Assembly (NCBI GenBank): GCA_021157505.1
Contig: JAGGWI010000024.1
Span: 1-38,093, forward strand
DNA: 38,093 bases
Direction: 5' to 3'
Source: Desulfuromusa sp.
GTDB taxonomy: Bacteria > Desulfobacterota > Desulfuromonadia > Desulfuromonadales > Geopsychrobacteraceae
Part shown: piece after piece, positions 28,439-38,093 of the stretch
How positions within the stretch are numbered: the first letter of the stretch is position 1
Layout: the number at the start of each line of letters is the position of its first letter
Notes under the pieces: model-generated
Database searches by the model: none
What the model saw: the letters and a program-made list of their open reading frames with translations, nothing else
What the model was told of the DNA's origin: nothing
Made by a program: the position numbers and the translations under genes

Positions 28439-29515
28439 ATGAATTTTCAGCGCTCTACTAAAATAACACGATCTAGTGACCGACCTCGGGCGCTCATTAT
28501 TGGTCTGTTGATATCGTTACTGCTGCACCTGTTGGTGGTTCTGTTTTTTTTTCTTTTTCCACAACAGGAACAGTTAGAGCCTAAGCGGCAGGAACCGACA
28601 ATTGTCCGTCTGATTGATCTCCCGGCAGAAATTGAAGAACCTCAACCGGAAGAAAAGAGCACCTTTGAGATCGATCAGCAACCAGTGACTCCCCCGCCGA
28701 CAACCCCGGTTAAATCATCTCGAAAAGCTGAACGGGATCAGAAGGTAGATCAGGAACAAGCTCCTGAAGCAGATGATGTCCGCGACCAGACCACGCAACC
28801 ACCTGAACCCAAGCTGCCACCTCAACAGTTGCAGAAACCGGAAAAAAAACCAATTCCACCGCCAAAAGAGGAAAAAATAAAGCCTCAACCAAAGACTCCC
28901 GAGCAGAAACCTGAAACAGTCTCTCCACCTCAGGAAAAACCGCTACCGGTAGATAAGGGTGAGCAGAAAAAGAGACAAAAAACGGATCAAAAAATAACCC
29001 AACCCATAAAAGAACAGCCGGTCACTGCTCCGACGACTGTCCCAGCGGAGCAACAGATATTAACGGTGCCGCCGCTAACCCTGGATCAACTGCTGCCCAA
29101 TTCCAACACTCTGGAGCAGATAGCCAGGGGCAGTCTGTCAAATCGCAACCGCAGAAAAGAGCGCGAAAATGTTGCAATTGGCGACGAGGTCTGGCTGAAC
29201 CTGGAGCAACATTTCCTGGCTTCGTTCTTTCGCCGTCTCCATGATAAAATTGATCTGGTCTGGAATTATCCACCCCAGGCCAGGAGGGATAGAAGCCAAG
29301 GAACCTTAGAATTATTAATTATTGTAGATAAAAAAGGGGAGTTAGTGGATGTCGATCTGGTCCGGACCAGCGGATCAGACATTCTGGATTCTGCAGCAAT
29401 TCAGGCGATCTACCGGGCGTCTCCATTCGGACCATTGCCGAAACGCTACCCGCATGACCTCCTTAAAATTCACGCCAATTTCCGCTATAGACTTGGTGGA
29501 AGAGCTATGTTTTGA
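28439..29515 (+). CDS. TonB/TolA-like energy transducer family protein
   Basis: TM with S..LH motif (ISLLLHL), long Pro/Glu/Lys-rich linker, C-terminal WNYP..A..G..SGSDILDSAA..ASPFGPLP. Confidence 0.85.
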   Translation: MNFQRSTKITRSSDRPRALIIGLLISLLLHLLVVLFFFLFPQQEQLEPKRQEPTIVRLIDLPAEIEEPQPEEKSTFEIDQQPVTPPPTTPVKSSRKAERDQKVDQEQAPEADDVRDQTTQPPEPKLPPQQLQKPEKKPIPPPKEEKIKPQPKTPEQKPETVSPPQEKPLPVDKGEQKKRQKTDQKITQPIKEQPVTAPTTVPAEQQILTVPPLTLDQLLPNSNTLEQIARGSLSNRNRRKERENVAIGDEVWLNLEQHFLASFFRRLHDKIDLVWNYPPQARRDRSQGTLELLIIVDKKGELVDVDLVRTSGSDILDSAAIQAIYRASPFGPLPKRYPHDLLKIHANFRYRLGGRAMF

Positions 29516-29521
29516 CGCTAA

Positions 29522-29568
29522 AAACTGCGGATCAACAGCAGCACCATCCTGACATTGATCCGCAGTTT
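29522..29568. terminator. Hairpin between convergent genes
   Basis: AAACTGCGGATCAA / TTGATCCGCAGTTT, 14-bp stem with 19-nt loop. Confidence 0.6.
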
Positions 29569-29583
29569 GACAACAAAAAGAAG

Positions 29584-31041
29584 CTACCCTCTTTCCCAGC
29601 GCAACTTTGGATGACGTGCAGCAGCCGTTTCATCCAGACGTCTCACTTTAGCTCGAACCGGTGCCTGTTTAAGTAATTCAGGATGATTCTTTGACTCTGC
29701 TGCAATCGCCAGTAGTGCGTCACAGAACTCATCAATAGTCTGCTTACTTTCAGTCTCCGTTGGCTCGATCATCAGAGCGCCGTGGACAACCAATGGGAAA
29801 TAGATAGTTGGCGGGTGATAACCATAGTCAATCAGCCGTTTGGCAACATCAAGGGTGGAACAGTCATTCTGTAGTGCATCTTCAGAAAACACCACTTCAT
29901 GCAGAGAGCGTTGCTGATTTGGCAAATCGTATTCGTCTTCGAGTCGAGCACGAATATAATTAGCGTTGAGGACGGCCAGTTCAGACGCCCGTTTCAGCCC
30001 CTCGCCACCCATAGATAAGATGTAGCTGTAGGCACGAACTAAAATACCAAAATGGCCATAGAAGGATTTCAACCGTCCGATTGACTGGGGACAATTATAT
30101 TCCAGTTGATAACCCTCGTCTCCTTTGACAACAAGGGGAACTGGCATAAATGGTTTTAGTTTATCAACCACTCCAACCGGGCCAGAGCCCGGGCCACCAC
30201 CACCATGGGGGGTAGAAAAAGTTTTGTGTAAATTAAAATGCATGACATCAATGCCGATATCACCGGGGCGACTGAGACCCATCATCGCGTTGAGATTAGC
30301 TCCATCGCTGTAAACCAGCCCCCCACGCTCATGGACCAGATCACAGATTTCCCGGATATCGGCCTCAAACAAGCCGAGAGTATTGGGATTGGTGACCATC
30401 AGTGCCGCGACATCGTCATCCATCACAGCGGCAACCGCTTCTTTACTCAAAATCCCATCTGAGGCCACCGTAATAACCTCGTAGCCACAGAGGGCAGATG
30501 ATGCCGGATTCGTTCCGTGAGCCGTATCAGGGATAATAACCTTATGCCGTTTTTGACCCTTGGCTTCCTGCCAGGCCCGAATCATCAGCATCCCGGCAAA
30601 CTCACCCTGAGCACCCGCTGCCGGTTGTAATGTGATCGTCGGAAATCCGGAAATTTCACCGAGATCACGTTGCAAGTTATACATCAGTTCCAACGCCCCC
30701 TGGTTAAGAGCTTCCGGGGTCTGTGGATGGATATCAGTAAAACCGGGCAAACGTGCGGCCACTTCATTGATCTTCGGATTGTACTTCATGGTACAACTGC
30801 CAAGGGGATAAAAACCGCTGTCAACGCCGTAGTTCCAGGTTGATAAACGGGTATAATGGCGCACCACATCTACCTCTGAAAGCTCTGGAAAATCGGTGAT
30901 CTCTTCGCGAATCAAATGGCTGTCGGGAGTGACAGCTGGCACATCCAAACCGGCAACACTGTAACCAACTCGTCCCGGCTGGGATTTTTCAAAGAGTAGA
31001 TTCTCATTCAGAACCAGTCCACGACCCTCGGTACTCATCAT
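29584..31041 (-). CDS. gcvPB: Glycine dehydrogenase subunit 2
   Basis: YPLGSCTMKYNP, AHGTNPAS, PLP lysine motif NLHKTFSTPHGGGGPG, MIEPTETE. Confidence 0.96.
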   Translation of the reverse strand: MMSTEGRGLVLNENLLFEKSQPGRVGYSVAGLDVPAVTPDSHLIREEITDFPELSEVDVVRHYTRLSTWNYGVDSGFYPLGSCTMKYNPKINEVAARLPGFTDIHPQTPEALNQGALELMYNLQRDLGEISGFPTITLQPAAGAQGEFAGMLMIRAWQEAKGQKRHKVIIPDTAHGTNPASSALCGYEVITVASDGILSKEAVAAVMDDDVAALMVTNPNTLGLFEADIREICDLVHERGGLVYSDGANLNAMMGLSRPGDIGIDVMHFNLHKTFSTPHGGGGPGSGPVGVVDKLKPFMPVPLVVKGDEGYQLEYNCPQSIGRLKSFYGHFGILVRAYSYILSMGGEGLKRASELAVLNANYIRARLEDEYDLPNQQRSLHEVVFSEDALQNDCSTLDVAKRLIDYGYHPPTIYFPLVVHGALMIEPTETESKQTIDEFCDALLAIAAESKNHPELLKQAPVRAKVRRLDETAAARHPKLRWERG

Positions 31042-32387
31042 GCTTCACCTCCTGCCAGTGCGCTCACCAGTCGATCAATCTGTTCCCGGCTGTTCTGTTC
31101 GGTAACGCAGACCAGCAAACCATTTTCCAGATCGGAGTAATCCCTGCCAAGAGAAATTCCAGCTAAAATACCGCGCTGCTCCAACCGTTTTTTCAAAGTA
31201 GCAACCGGTTCGGAACAGGTAATGACAAATTCATTGAATGATGCACCGGGAAATGTCACCGAAAAGCCCTTAAGTTGACCGATTTTTTCTTTGGCATAAC
31301 TCGCTTTTGCATAGTTGACCTCTGCCAACTGACGTAATCCCTGTTTGCCATGTAAAGCCAGATAAATACTGACCATCAAAACACACATACCCTGATTAGA
31401 GCAGATGTTTGAAGTCGCTTTTTCGCGGCGGATATGTTGTTCGCGAGTCGCCAGAGTGAGAACAAACCCCCGCCTGCCATCCTTATCAGTTGTTTCACCA
31501 ACCAGGCGACCGGGGAGAACCCGCATATCTTTCTTCCGTACAGCAAAGAAACCTATCCCGGGTCCACCATAGGAGAGGGGGATACCAAAACTCTGCCCCT
31601 CGCCGACGACAATATCGGCACCCAGTTCTCCAGGAGATTTGTACAGCGCCAAGGCGAGAGGTTCCGGGACAGCAGCCACTAACCGGGCGCCGGAAGCATG
31701 AGTCAGCTCAGCAATGGTTGCCAGGTCTTCAATCTGGCCAAAGTAGTTTGGATAACCGACAACCACAGCAGCAACCTGATCATCAAGCATGGTTTGTAAC
31801 TCTACTTGATCGGTTAAACCATTCTGCAACGGAACATCAACCAATTCGATATCGAGATAGCGACAATAGGTTGCGGTCGTCTCACGGTACTGGGGCGGGA
31901 GCGCCTGTGATAACAAAACTTTTTTACGCTTTTTCCCGGCACGAATAGCCAGCAGAACGGCTTCTGCACAGGCAGAGGCACCGTCATACATCGACGCATT
32001 GGCGACATCCATCCCGGTCAATTGACAGATCAGCGTCTGAAACTCAAAGATAGCTTGCAAAGTTCCCTGGCTGATTTCCGGCTGATAGGGGGTGTAGGCA
32101 GTATAAAACTCACTTCGACTCACCAGTTGATCAACCACTGCCGGAATAAAATGGTTATAGGCACCACCACCAAGAAACGCATCCCAATCAGACACTTTTG
32201 AATTTTTCTCGGCTAACTCTCGCAAAAACTGCAAAACTTCAGATTCAGACCCTGCAGCTTTCAAATCAAGAGGTCTTTGCAAACGACAGTCCTCTGGAAT
32301 TCCAGAGAACAGCTCGTCAATCTTTGACACCCCAATTTGATCGAGCATTTGCTGTACATCCACATCGGTGTGAGGCAGATAACGCAT
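31038..32387 (-). CDS. gcvPA: Glycine dehydrogenase subunit 1
   Basis: MRYLPHT, YTAYTPYQPEISQG, NASMYDG, REQHIRREKATSNICSNQ; SD AAAGGA before ATG 32387. Confidence 0.96.
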   Translation of the reverse strand: MRYLPHTDVDVQQMLDQIGVSKIDELFSGIPEDCRLQRPLDLKAAGSESEVLQFLRELAEKNSKVSDWDAFLGGGAYNHFIPAVVDQLVSRSEFYTAYTPYQPEISQGTLQAIFEFQTLICQLTGMDVANASMYDGASACAEAVLLAIRAGKKRKKVLLSQALPPQYRETTATYCRYLDIELVDVPLQNGLTDQVELQTMLDDQVAAVVVGYPNYFGQIEDLATIAELTHASGARLVAAVPEPLALALYKSPGELGADIVVGEGQSFGIPLSYGGPGIGFFAVRKKDMRVLPGRLVGETTDKDGRRGFVLTLATREQHIRREKATSNICSNQGMCVLMVSIYLALHGKQGLRQLAEVNYAKASYAKEKIGQLKGFSVTFPGASFNEFVITCSEPVATLKKRLEQRGILAGISLGRDYSDLENGLLVCVTEQNSREQIDRLVSALAGGEA

Positions 32388-32512
32388 AATCATCCTTTCA
32401 ATCAGCACATTAACCTATAGATACTAACTGACTGCTTTAGAAGAGTTTATATGTAGAAGTTTTCAGAAAAAAAACCGCAACAACACCAAAGAGAGATATC
32501 TCAATGAAGCCA

Positions 32513-32896
32513 TCAATCTTTTTCAACAAATTCCTTATAGGCAGTGACATTCATCAAACCATCCAAAACGGCAGGGTCAGCCAGCTTAATTTTAATCAAC
32601 CAGCCTTTGTCGTAGGGAGAATTATTCAGAGCTTCAGGCTCATCTGGAAGTGCTTCGTTGATCGCTACAACTTCGCCAGCCACTGGGGCGTAAACATCAG
32701 AGACAGCCTTAACTGATTCAACAACCCCAAATGTTTTACCCACTTCCAGCATATCACCAACTTCTGGAAGTTCAACAAAAACGATATCTCCCAGTTGATC
32801 CTGGGCAAAATTGGTAATTCCAACGGTAACAACATCGTTCTCAACCAACACCCACTCATGTTCTTCGGTGTATTTCAGTTCCTCAGGAAAATCCAT
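32513..32896 (-). CDS. gcvH: Glycine cleavage system H protein
   Basis: YTEEHEW, GIT.FAQ.QLGD, lipoyl-lysine motif VESVKA, PY..GW. Confidence 0.96.
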   Translation of the reverse strand: MDFPEELKYTEEHEWVLVENDVVTVGITNFAQDQLGDIVFVELPEVGDMLEVGKTFGVVESVKAVSDVYAPVAGEVVAINEALPDEPEALNNSPYDKGWLIKIKLADPAVLDGLMNVTAYKEFVEKD

Positions 32897-32933
32897 CATA
32901 TCCTCCTCAAAAGAAAGGCCCAATCGGCATGTT

Positions 32934-34022
32934 TTATTTCACAAATGGAAGGGCTGTGCGCTCAGCCAGAACTTGACGCTTTCGAATCCCTATTTCCAGT
33001 GGCTCATCACTCTCTGCTACAGCTGTTTCTACCAGGGCAAGAGCAATCCCCTTTCTTAAGCTGGGAGACATTGTCCCACTGGTGACATAACCCACCTCAC
33101 GGCCGCCACTCAACACCGGATAACCATCGCGTGGCACCCCGGAAGTCGTCAATGTCAGAGCGATCAACTTCCGCGACAAACCCGCCTCTTTCGCTTTGAG
33201 CATGGCGTCGCGACCAACAAAGTTACCTTTTTGCAATTTGGTGATCCACGCTAAACGCACTTCAATCGGCATAATTTCAGCGGTAATTTCATGGCCATAG
33301 AGTGCATAGGCCTTCTCTAAACGGAGAGTATCCCGTGCCCCAAGACCAATGGGGAGAAGTCCGAGGGACTCCCCCACTCTCATCAACTCCTGCCACAGGG
33401 CAGCGCCATCGGCGGCGGCACAGTAAAGTTCAAAACCATCCTCACCGGTATAGCCAGTGCGTGAAATAATCGTCTTAATCCCGGCAACCAGCCCCTCTTT
33501 AAAGCGATAAAATTTTATTGCAGAGAGATCGGTGCTGGTTAATTTTGCTAAGATATTGGCAGCGACTGGACCCTGCAACGCCAGTTGCGCATACTCATCG
33601 CTACGATTTATCAGGGTAAAGTCACTGAAGTCAGTATTTTTCTGGAGATCCTGCAACCAGGCAAAATCCTTATCACTGTTAGAAGCATTAACACAGAGAA
33701 GATAGCGGTCAGCAGCAAAACGATAGAGGGTCAAATCATCAACCACCCCTCCAGTTTCATAACAAAGAGCCGTATATTGAACCTGGCCATCAGTTAATTT
33801 TGATAGATCATTGGTTGTTGCATACTGTAGAAATTCAAAAGCCTGGGCTCCAGAAACTTCAATCTCCCCCATATGGGAGACGTCAAACAAGCCGGCCGTT
33901 GTTCTGACCGCCATATGTTCAGCAATGACACCAGAATATTGCACCGGCATATCCCAGCCACCAAAATCGACCATACGGGCACCAAGTTGACGATGAATCT
34001 GATTTAGAGGTGTTATTTTCAT
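32934..34022 (-). CDS. gcvT: Glycine cleavage aminomethyltransferase T
   Basis: [43 protein letters not shown]. Confidence 0.96.
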   Translation of the reverse strand: MKITPLNQIHRQLGARMVDFGGWDMPVQYSGVIAEHMAVRTTAGLFDVSHMGEIEVSGAQAFEFLQYATTNDLSKLTDGQVQYTALCYETGGVVDDLTLYRFAADRYLLCVNASNSDKDFAWLQDLQKNTDFSDFTLINRSDEYAQLALQGPVAANILAKLTSTDLSAIKFYRFKEGLVAGIKTIISRTGYTGEDGFELYCAAADGAALWQELMRVGESLGLLPIGLGARDTLRLEKAYALYGHEITAEIMPIEVRLAWITKLQKGNFVGRDAMLKAKEAGLSRKLIALTLTTSGVPRDGYPVLSGGREVGYVTSGTMSPSLRKGIALALVETAVAESDEPLEIGIRKRQVLAERTALPFVK

Positions 34023-34109
34023 CAATAAACTCCTTATAAAAAATCGACCATTCAGTAAAGATTTTGTAGCAAATCTCAACCCAGCTGTACAGGATTATTA
34101 AAATTCAGA

Positions 34110-34967
34110 TCAACCCTTTTTTGCAGCCCGACGCTTGGCACTCACCAGAGTATTATAGAGAAGCATGGTAATTGTCATTGGCCCGACACCACCGGGAACC
34201 GGGGTGATAGCAGCTGCATTTTTAGAGGCAGCGATAAAATCGACATCACCAACCAACTTCTTTTCACCGACGCGATTGACACCGACATCAATCACAATTG
34301 CCCCTTTTTTAATCCAATCCCCCTTGATCATTTCGGGACGACCAACAGCGGCAATCACAACATCGGCGGCGGCAACTTTCTGCGGCAGATCAACGGTTCT
34401 TGAATGACAGATTGTCACCGTTGCATGTTCCGCCAGGCACATCAACGCCAGCGGCTTGCCAACAATATTGGAACGGCCAACAATGACAACATCTTTCCCC
34501 TTAAGCTCAACCCCGATGTACTCCAACATTTTCATAACACCAGAGGGGGTACAAGGTTGAAACACTGGATTGCCGGTCACCAGACGACCGACATTGCAGG
34601 GATGGAAACCATCGACATCCTTACTTGGAGAGATAGCCTCCAGAACCTTAGCTTCGTCAATATGCCCGGGAAGTGGCAACTGCACCAGAATGCCATCAAT
34701 TTTCTCATCACCATTGAGTTCGGCAATCAATTCCAGCAATTCAGCTTCACCAACTTCAGCCGATAATTTATGTTCAACAGAATAAATCCCGGTAGCGGCA
34801 CACGCTTTTTCTTTCATCGAAACATAAACCCGGCTCGCCGGATCTTCGCCAACCAATACAACTGCCAGACCCGGGGTGACTCCTATTGCCATAAGCTCTT
34901 CTACATCGGTAGAAATTTGTCCCCTCAGCTCAGCTGCAATCGCTTTCCCGTCAATCAATTCTGCCAC
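34110..34967 (-). CDS. folD: Methylenetetrahydrofolate dehydrogenase/cyclohydrolase
   Basis: IDGK, GILVQLPLP, KDVDGFHP, GRSNIVGKP, ITPVPGGVGPMTI; GTG start. Confidence 0.97.
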   Translation of the reverse strand: MAELIDGKAIAAELRGQISTDVEELMAIGVTPGLAVVLVGEDPASRVYVSMKEKACAATGIYSVEHKLSAEVGEAELLELIAELNGDEKIDGILVQLPLPGHIDEAKVLEAISPSKDVDGFHPCNVGRLVTGNPVFQPCTPSGVMKMLEYIGVELKGKDVVIVGRSNIVGKPLALMCLAEHATVTICHSRTVDLPQKVAAADVVIAAVGRPEMIKGDWIKKGAIVIDVGVNRVGEKKLVGDVDFIAASKNAAAITPVPGGVGPMTITMLLYNTLVSAKRRAAKKG

Positions 34968-35014
34968 CTGGAAGTCTCCCTATTAAATATATTTCAAACG
35001 CTCATGAAGTTCAA

Positions 35015-35043
35015 ACTATACGTAAGCGCGCCCGGTTTGTAAA
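35015..35043 (-). promoter_or_regulatory. Probable sigma70 promoter of the folD-gcv operon
   Basis: Minus strand TTTACA-17-TATAGT. Confidence 0.5.
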
Positions 35044-35068
35044 CCTGCTTTCGTCATCACAAGAAAGC

Positions 35069-35106
35069 AAAAAGCCTCCGTCATAAATGTATCTGACGGA
35101 GGCTTT
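35069..35106 (-). terminator. Intrinsic terminator after the zinc-ribbon gene
   Basis: AAAGCCTCCGTCA 35071-35083 / TGACGGAGGCTTT 35094-35106, with a T-run on the minus strand. Confidence 0.75.
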
Positions 35107-35126
35107 AAAACGCAAACATAACTCGA

Positions 35127-35378
35127 TCAACCATTGACCGCTTTAGGAGATGAAGCGCAAGCATTGCTGTCACTTGGAGCAGCGGACGGACAACTATTCC
35201 CCTGTGAATACCCTTGCTGGTACCAGCCACCCCCCTTAAGAGCGAAAGCGGTCTGGGATATCATTTTCTTGGCCTTCCCACCGCACTGTCGACAGGTGTC
35301 AATCGGTTTATCAGAAAACTTCTGCCGAACCTCAAAGTTCAAGCCACAATCTTCACATTTATATTCATACAACGGCAT
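35127..35378 (-). CDS. FmdB-family zinc-ribbon protein
   Basis: MPLYEYKCEDCG..FE..Q..C..CGG..F.LKGGGWY. Confidence 0.9.
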   Translation of the reverse strand: MPLYEYKCEDCGLNFEVRQKFSDKPIDTCRQCGGKAKKMISQTAFALKGGGWYQQGYSQGNSCPSAAPSDSNACASSPKAVNG

Positions 35379-35482
35379 AATTTAAACCTCCATGTATTTA
35401 TCTACCCTCGGTCAAACAGCCACGGATGATAATTCGCAAAGGGAAGAACTGTCAAGAAAAGTTTCTGCTTGGAGGGAAAATA

Positions 35483-36013
35483 TCAGGGGAAATTGAACTG
35501 CTCGTCAATATCTTTATCACTGAGCAATGGTTCCAATAGGCGAGCCTGGTAACCATCCTCTTCAATTTGCAGGGCATCTATATCCATCAGCTTCAGGTGA
35601 TTTTCAATCAGTGCCCGCAGACCACCTTCAAAGGTCATTTTTTGACGTCTTATTTCCTGGATTTCACTGATTAATTGCACCCGACGTTCATTGGCATCTC
35701 GAACCACCCGTTCTCCCTCAAGATGAGCCTCTGCGACAACAATCTCAGCCTCTTTCCGCGCGTTGATTTTCAACTCTTCAGTCACCTGTTGAGCTGTCAT
35801 CAGCGTTTCCTGTAAGGTTTTTTCCCGATCACGCAATTGATCCAGAGAGCTGCGGGTTCTGGCCAGAGATTCCTTTAACTCATTATTTTGTTTATGCAAC
35901 CGTTCAAGTTCATCCGCCAACATTTCCAGAAAATGGTCAACCGCCGCCGTATCGTAACCGAACAGCCGGGATTTGAACTGATGTTGCTGTATCTCTATCG
36001 GAGTAATCCGCAT
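35483..36013 (-). CDS. DivIVA domain protein
   Basis: MRITPIEIQQHQFKSRLFGYD...VDHFL N-terminal motif followed by a coiled coil. Confidence 0.9.
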   Translation of the reverse strand: MRITPIEIQQHQFKSRLFGYDTAAVDHFLEMLADELERLHKQNNELKESLARTRSSLDQLRDREKTLQETLMTAQQVTEELKINARKEAEIVVAEAHLEGERVVRDANERRVQLISEIQEIRRQKMTFEGGLRALIENHLKLMDIDALQIEEDGYQARLLEPLLSDKDIDEQFNFP

Positions 36014-36036
36014 TATTTATCCCTCTAAAAGCTCAA

Positions 36037-36321
36037 TCATTGGGCCAGCTGATATAAAAATGAAACTAACATCTGCTGGAAAACTGAAAGAAGAATTAGC
36101 AGTGCAATTGGAGAAAAGTCAAAAGCCCCGGACTGTAAAAACGGCACCAGCCGACGCAACCGATAGAGAACCGGATCAGTTGCACTATGCAAAAAGCGGA
36201 CGATCGAATTATAGGGGTCGGGATTGACCCAGGATACAAGCGCCCGGGCAACAACGATAAAAATATAAATATTAAATGCCAGGTCAATAATCCGGGCAAT
36301 AGCAACAATCAGAACATTCAT
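36037..36321 (-). CDS. yggT: YggT-family membrane protein
   Basis: RALVSWVNPDPYN.IVRFL...TDPVL..RR..DFSPI. Confidence 0.9.
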   Translation of the reverse strand: MNVLIVAIARIIDLAFNIYIFIVVARALVSWVNPDPYNSIVRFLHSATDPVLYRLRRLVPFLQSGAFDFSPIALLILLSVFQQMLVSFLYQLAQ

Positions 36322-36369
36322 ACTTGAAACACCCTTCTGTGATTGTAAAAGTTATTATAATTTTAAGTT

Positions 36370-36398
36370 TTTATACCGAAAGGGAGGAACCCTGTCAA
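36370..36398 (-). promoter_or_regulatory. Probable sigma70 promoter of yggT-divIVA
   Basis: Minus strand TTGACA-17-TATAAA. Confidence 0.6.
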
Positions 36399-36446
36399 AC
36401 GATTCCCGTCATCAGGCATCAACAAGCATATCAGCAACAGAGAGTT

Positions 36447-36475
36447 TTGACTTAGTCAGCTAAACCCGCTAAGTT
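36447..36475 (+). promoter_or_regulatory. Probable sigma70 promoter of the DAHP synthase gene
   Basis: TTGACT-17-TAAGTT; short palindrome TGACT-t-AGTCA overlaps the -35. Confidence 0.45.
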
Positions 36476-36532
36476 ACTTCAACACAATTTAACGAGAAGA
36501 AATATCCCACTACTATAAATAAGGTCAAGATA

Positions 36533-37582
36533 ATGGTTCAAACCAACAATCTGAATGTCCTCGAAGTTTCCCCGATTATTGCCCCCGCTGAGCTGAAACA
36601 GGTTTTCCCCTTGCCACTTTCAGGAGCTAATTTTGTCAACGACAGCCGCAACACTATCAAATCAATACTTAAAGGGGAAGATAAACGACTGCTCGCAGTT
36701 GTCGGCCCCTGCTCCATCCACGATCCACTTGCGGCCATTGAATATGCAAAGCGCCTGGTAAAACTGGCGGAGGAGCTTCAGGATCAGCTATTTATCATCA
36801 TGCGGGTCTATTTTGAAAAACCACGGACAACAGTTGGCTGGAAGGGTTTGATTAACGACCCCGACATGGACGGCAGCCATCAGATATCTAAAGGGCTGGG
36901 AACTGCTCGACAACTGCTCTGTGCAATAACCGATATACGCCTACCTATTGCCAGCGAAATGCTCGACCCGATCACACCACAATACCTTTCCGACATGATC
37001 AGCTGGGGAGCTATCGGTGCCCGAACAACTGAATCGCAAACCCATAGAGAGATGGCGAGTGGGCTCTCGTTTCCTGTCGGATTTAAAAATGGAACCGATG
37101 GTGGGCTTAAAATTGCCCTGGATGCTATGTCCGCCTCCTGTCGCGCCCATAGCTTTCTTGGCATCAACTTCGAAGGGCGCTCTTCTATCGTCCACACCTC
37201 TGGTAACCCGGATATCCACATGGTCTTGCGTGGTGGTGATAGTGCACCAAACTACTATCCTGAAGAGGTAAAAAAAGCGGCTGAATTACTCAAGGCAAAA
37301 AATCTTCCCCCGGCCATCATGGTCGATTGCAGCCATGCAAACTCCTATAAAGATCACACCCGTCAGGGAGAAGTTCTGGATAATATTGTCGAACAACTGC
37401 TGACCGATCCAGACTCAATTTCGGGAGTGATGATTGAAAGCAATCTGCATGCCGGGAACCAGACTCTTCCCGACGATCTTAATCAGCTTCAATATGGGGT
37501 CTCAATCACCGATAAATGTGTCGATTGGGATACCACTGTAGAGATGCTGACCAAGGCACACCGGAGATTAAAACAGCGGTAA
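36533..37582 (+). CDS. 3-deoxy-7-phosphoheptulonate (DAHP) synthase, class I-alpha (AroF/G/H type)
   Basis: GPCSIHD, RVYFEKPRTTVGWKG, AIGARTTESQTHRE, DCSHANS, YGVSITDKC. Confidence 0.95.
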   Translation: MVQTNNLNVLEVSPIIAPAELKQVFPLPLSGANFVNDSRNTIKSILKGEDKRLLAVVGPCSIHDPLAAIEYAKRLVKLAEELQDQLFIIMRVYFEKPRTTVGWKGLINDPDMDGSHQISKGLGTARQLLCAITDIRLPIASEMLDPITPQYLSDMISWGAIGARTTESQTHREMASGLSFPVGFKNGTDGGLKIALDAMSASCRAHSFLGINFEGRSSIVHTSGNPDIHMVLRGGDSAPNYYPEEVKKAAELLKAKNLPPAIMVDCSHANSYKDHTRQGEVLDNIVEQLLTDPDSISGVMIESNLHAGNQTLPDDLNQLQYGVSITDKCVDWDTTVEMLTKAHRRLKQR

Positions 37583-37651
37583 AAGAGACCTGTCAACCTT
37601 GGGCAATATTTCCAGCGCAATATTACGATAGTTTAAGCTATACGGAGTACT

Positions 37652-37948
37652 TTAGTGCTTTGACTGATTGCTTGACTGACTCTCCGTGCCAACCAGGTCG
37701 ATAACACCATACTTTTTTTCGTAACGATCAACATTATTCTGCAACGCAAGCAACAGCCGTTTTGCATGGTGCGGTGAAGTGATCAAACGGGAATGTACCC
37801 GTGCTTTGGCAGCCTGAGGTTGAATATAGATACAATCAATCACAAATTCACTCTCGTTGTGGTTCACCACCGCCATATTAATATACTGACCAGATGCAAC
37901 ATCGTCATTCATTTGAATTTCAAGCTTCATTTCCTGTCCGTTTTCCAT
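37652..37948 (-). CDS. DUF3467-like protein
   Basis: VA.GQY.N.AVVNH...EF..D..QP....A.V.SRLI.SP.HAKRL..AL..N...YE..YG.I pattern (family recalled, not searched); SD GGAGG. Confidence 0.75.
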   Translation of the reverse strand: MENGQEMKLEIQMNDDVASGQYINMAVVNHNESEFVIDCIYIQPQAAKARVHSRLITSPHHAKRLLLALQNNVDRYEKKYGVIDLVGTESQSSNQSKH

Positions 37949-37974
37949 CGTTCTGCCTCCACGGGGTGCAAATT

Positions 37975-38093
37975 TTAAAGGTCATTCAAGAGTCGATAAA
38001 TCCCCTGCTCCAGCTCCCAGATAATATCGACAGCTCGCTGATGGCCATCCTTCTCAAGCATCACCCGGGCTCGATCAAGATAACTGTGAGCAT
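37975..38093 (-). CDS. 3' end of a small helical hypothetical protein, truncated by the window edge
   Basis: Open frame AHSYLDRARVMLEKDGHQRAVDIIWELEQGIYRLLNDL-stop ending just upstream of the DUF3467-like RBS. Confidence 0.55.
   Translation of the reverse strand, partial: AHSYLDRARVMLEKDGHQRAVDIIWELEQGIYRLLNDL

Noticed and set aside
28600-29080. Low-complexity Pro/Glu/Lys stretch read as a tandem repeat locus
   Set aside because: Normal linker of TonB-like proteins; no exact DNA periodicity seen.
34023-35126. Glycine or THF riboswitch upstream of gcvT or folD
   Set aside because: No recognisable aptamer motifs in the short gaps; the hairpin at 35071-35106 is explained as a terminator.
35483-36321. 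DivIVA in a Gram-negative organism as a novelty
   Set aside because: DivIVA homologs next to yggT are already known in deltaproteobacteria.

Overview
Mostly housekeeping chromosome from what looks like a Desulfuromonadales-type deltaproteobacterium (inferred from the c3/c7-type cytochrome, the GSU3473-like protein and gene order). It carries a sensor kinase and sigma54 response regulator, ispB, a membrane-anchored XRE regulator facing a small tetraheme cytochrome, CBS-pyrophosphatase, ArsR, xseA-xseB-ispA-dxs, a ParA-like ATPase, ftsE-ftsX-envC-ctpA plus a divergent polysaccharide deacetylase, pta, a TonB-like protein, folD-gcvT-gcvH-gcvPA-gcvPB, yggT-divIVA and a DAHP synthase. The most unusual content is non-coding. 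(1) A family of ~165-bp CTAG-flanked, transposase-less hairpin elements is present as three full copies, two internally deleted copies and one solo end, with compensatory base-pair changes between copies. Copies sit between an RBS and its ATG, inside a gene, at the xseB RBS, and as the 3' end of the ParA-like gene. (2) There is a second, unrelated ERIC-like hairpin element. (3) A consensus sigma70 promoter drives a ~70-nt orphan sRNA candidate with an anti-Shine-Dalgarno loop. (4) A cluster of hairpin repeats lies at the window start. All calls come from reading the sequence and ORF track by eye; no searches or folding programs were run.
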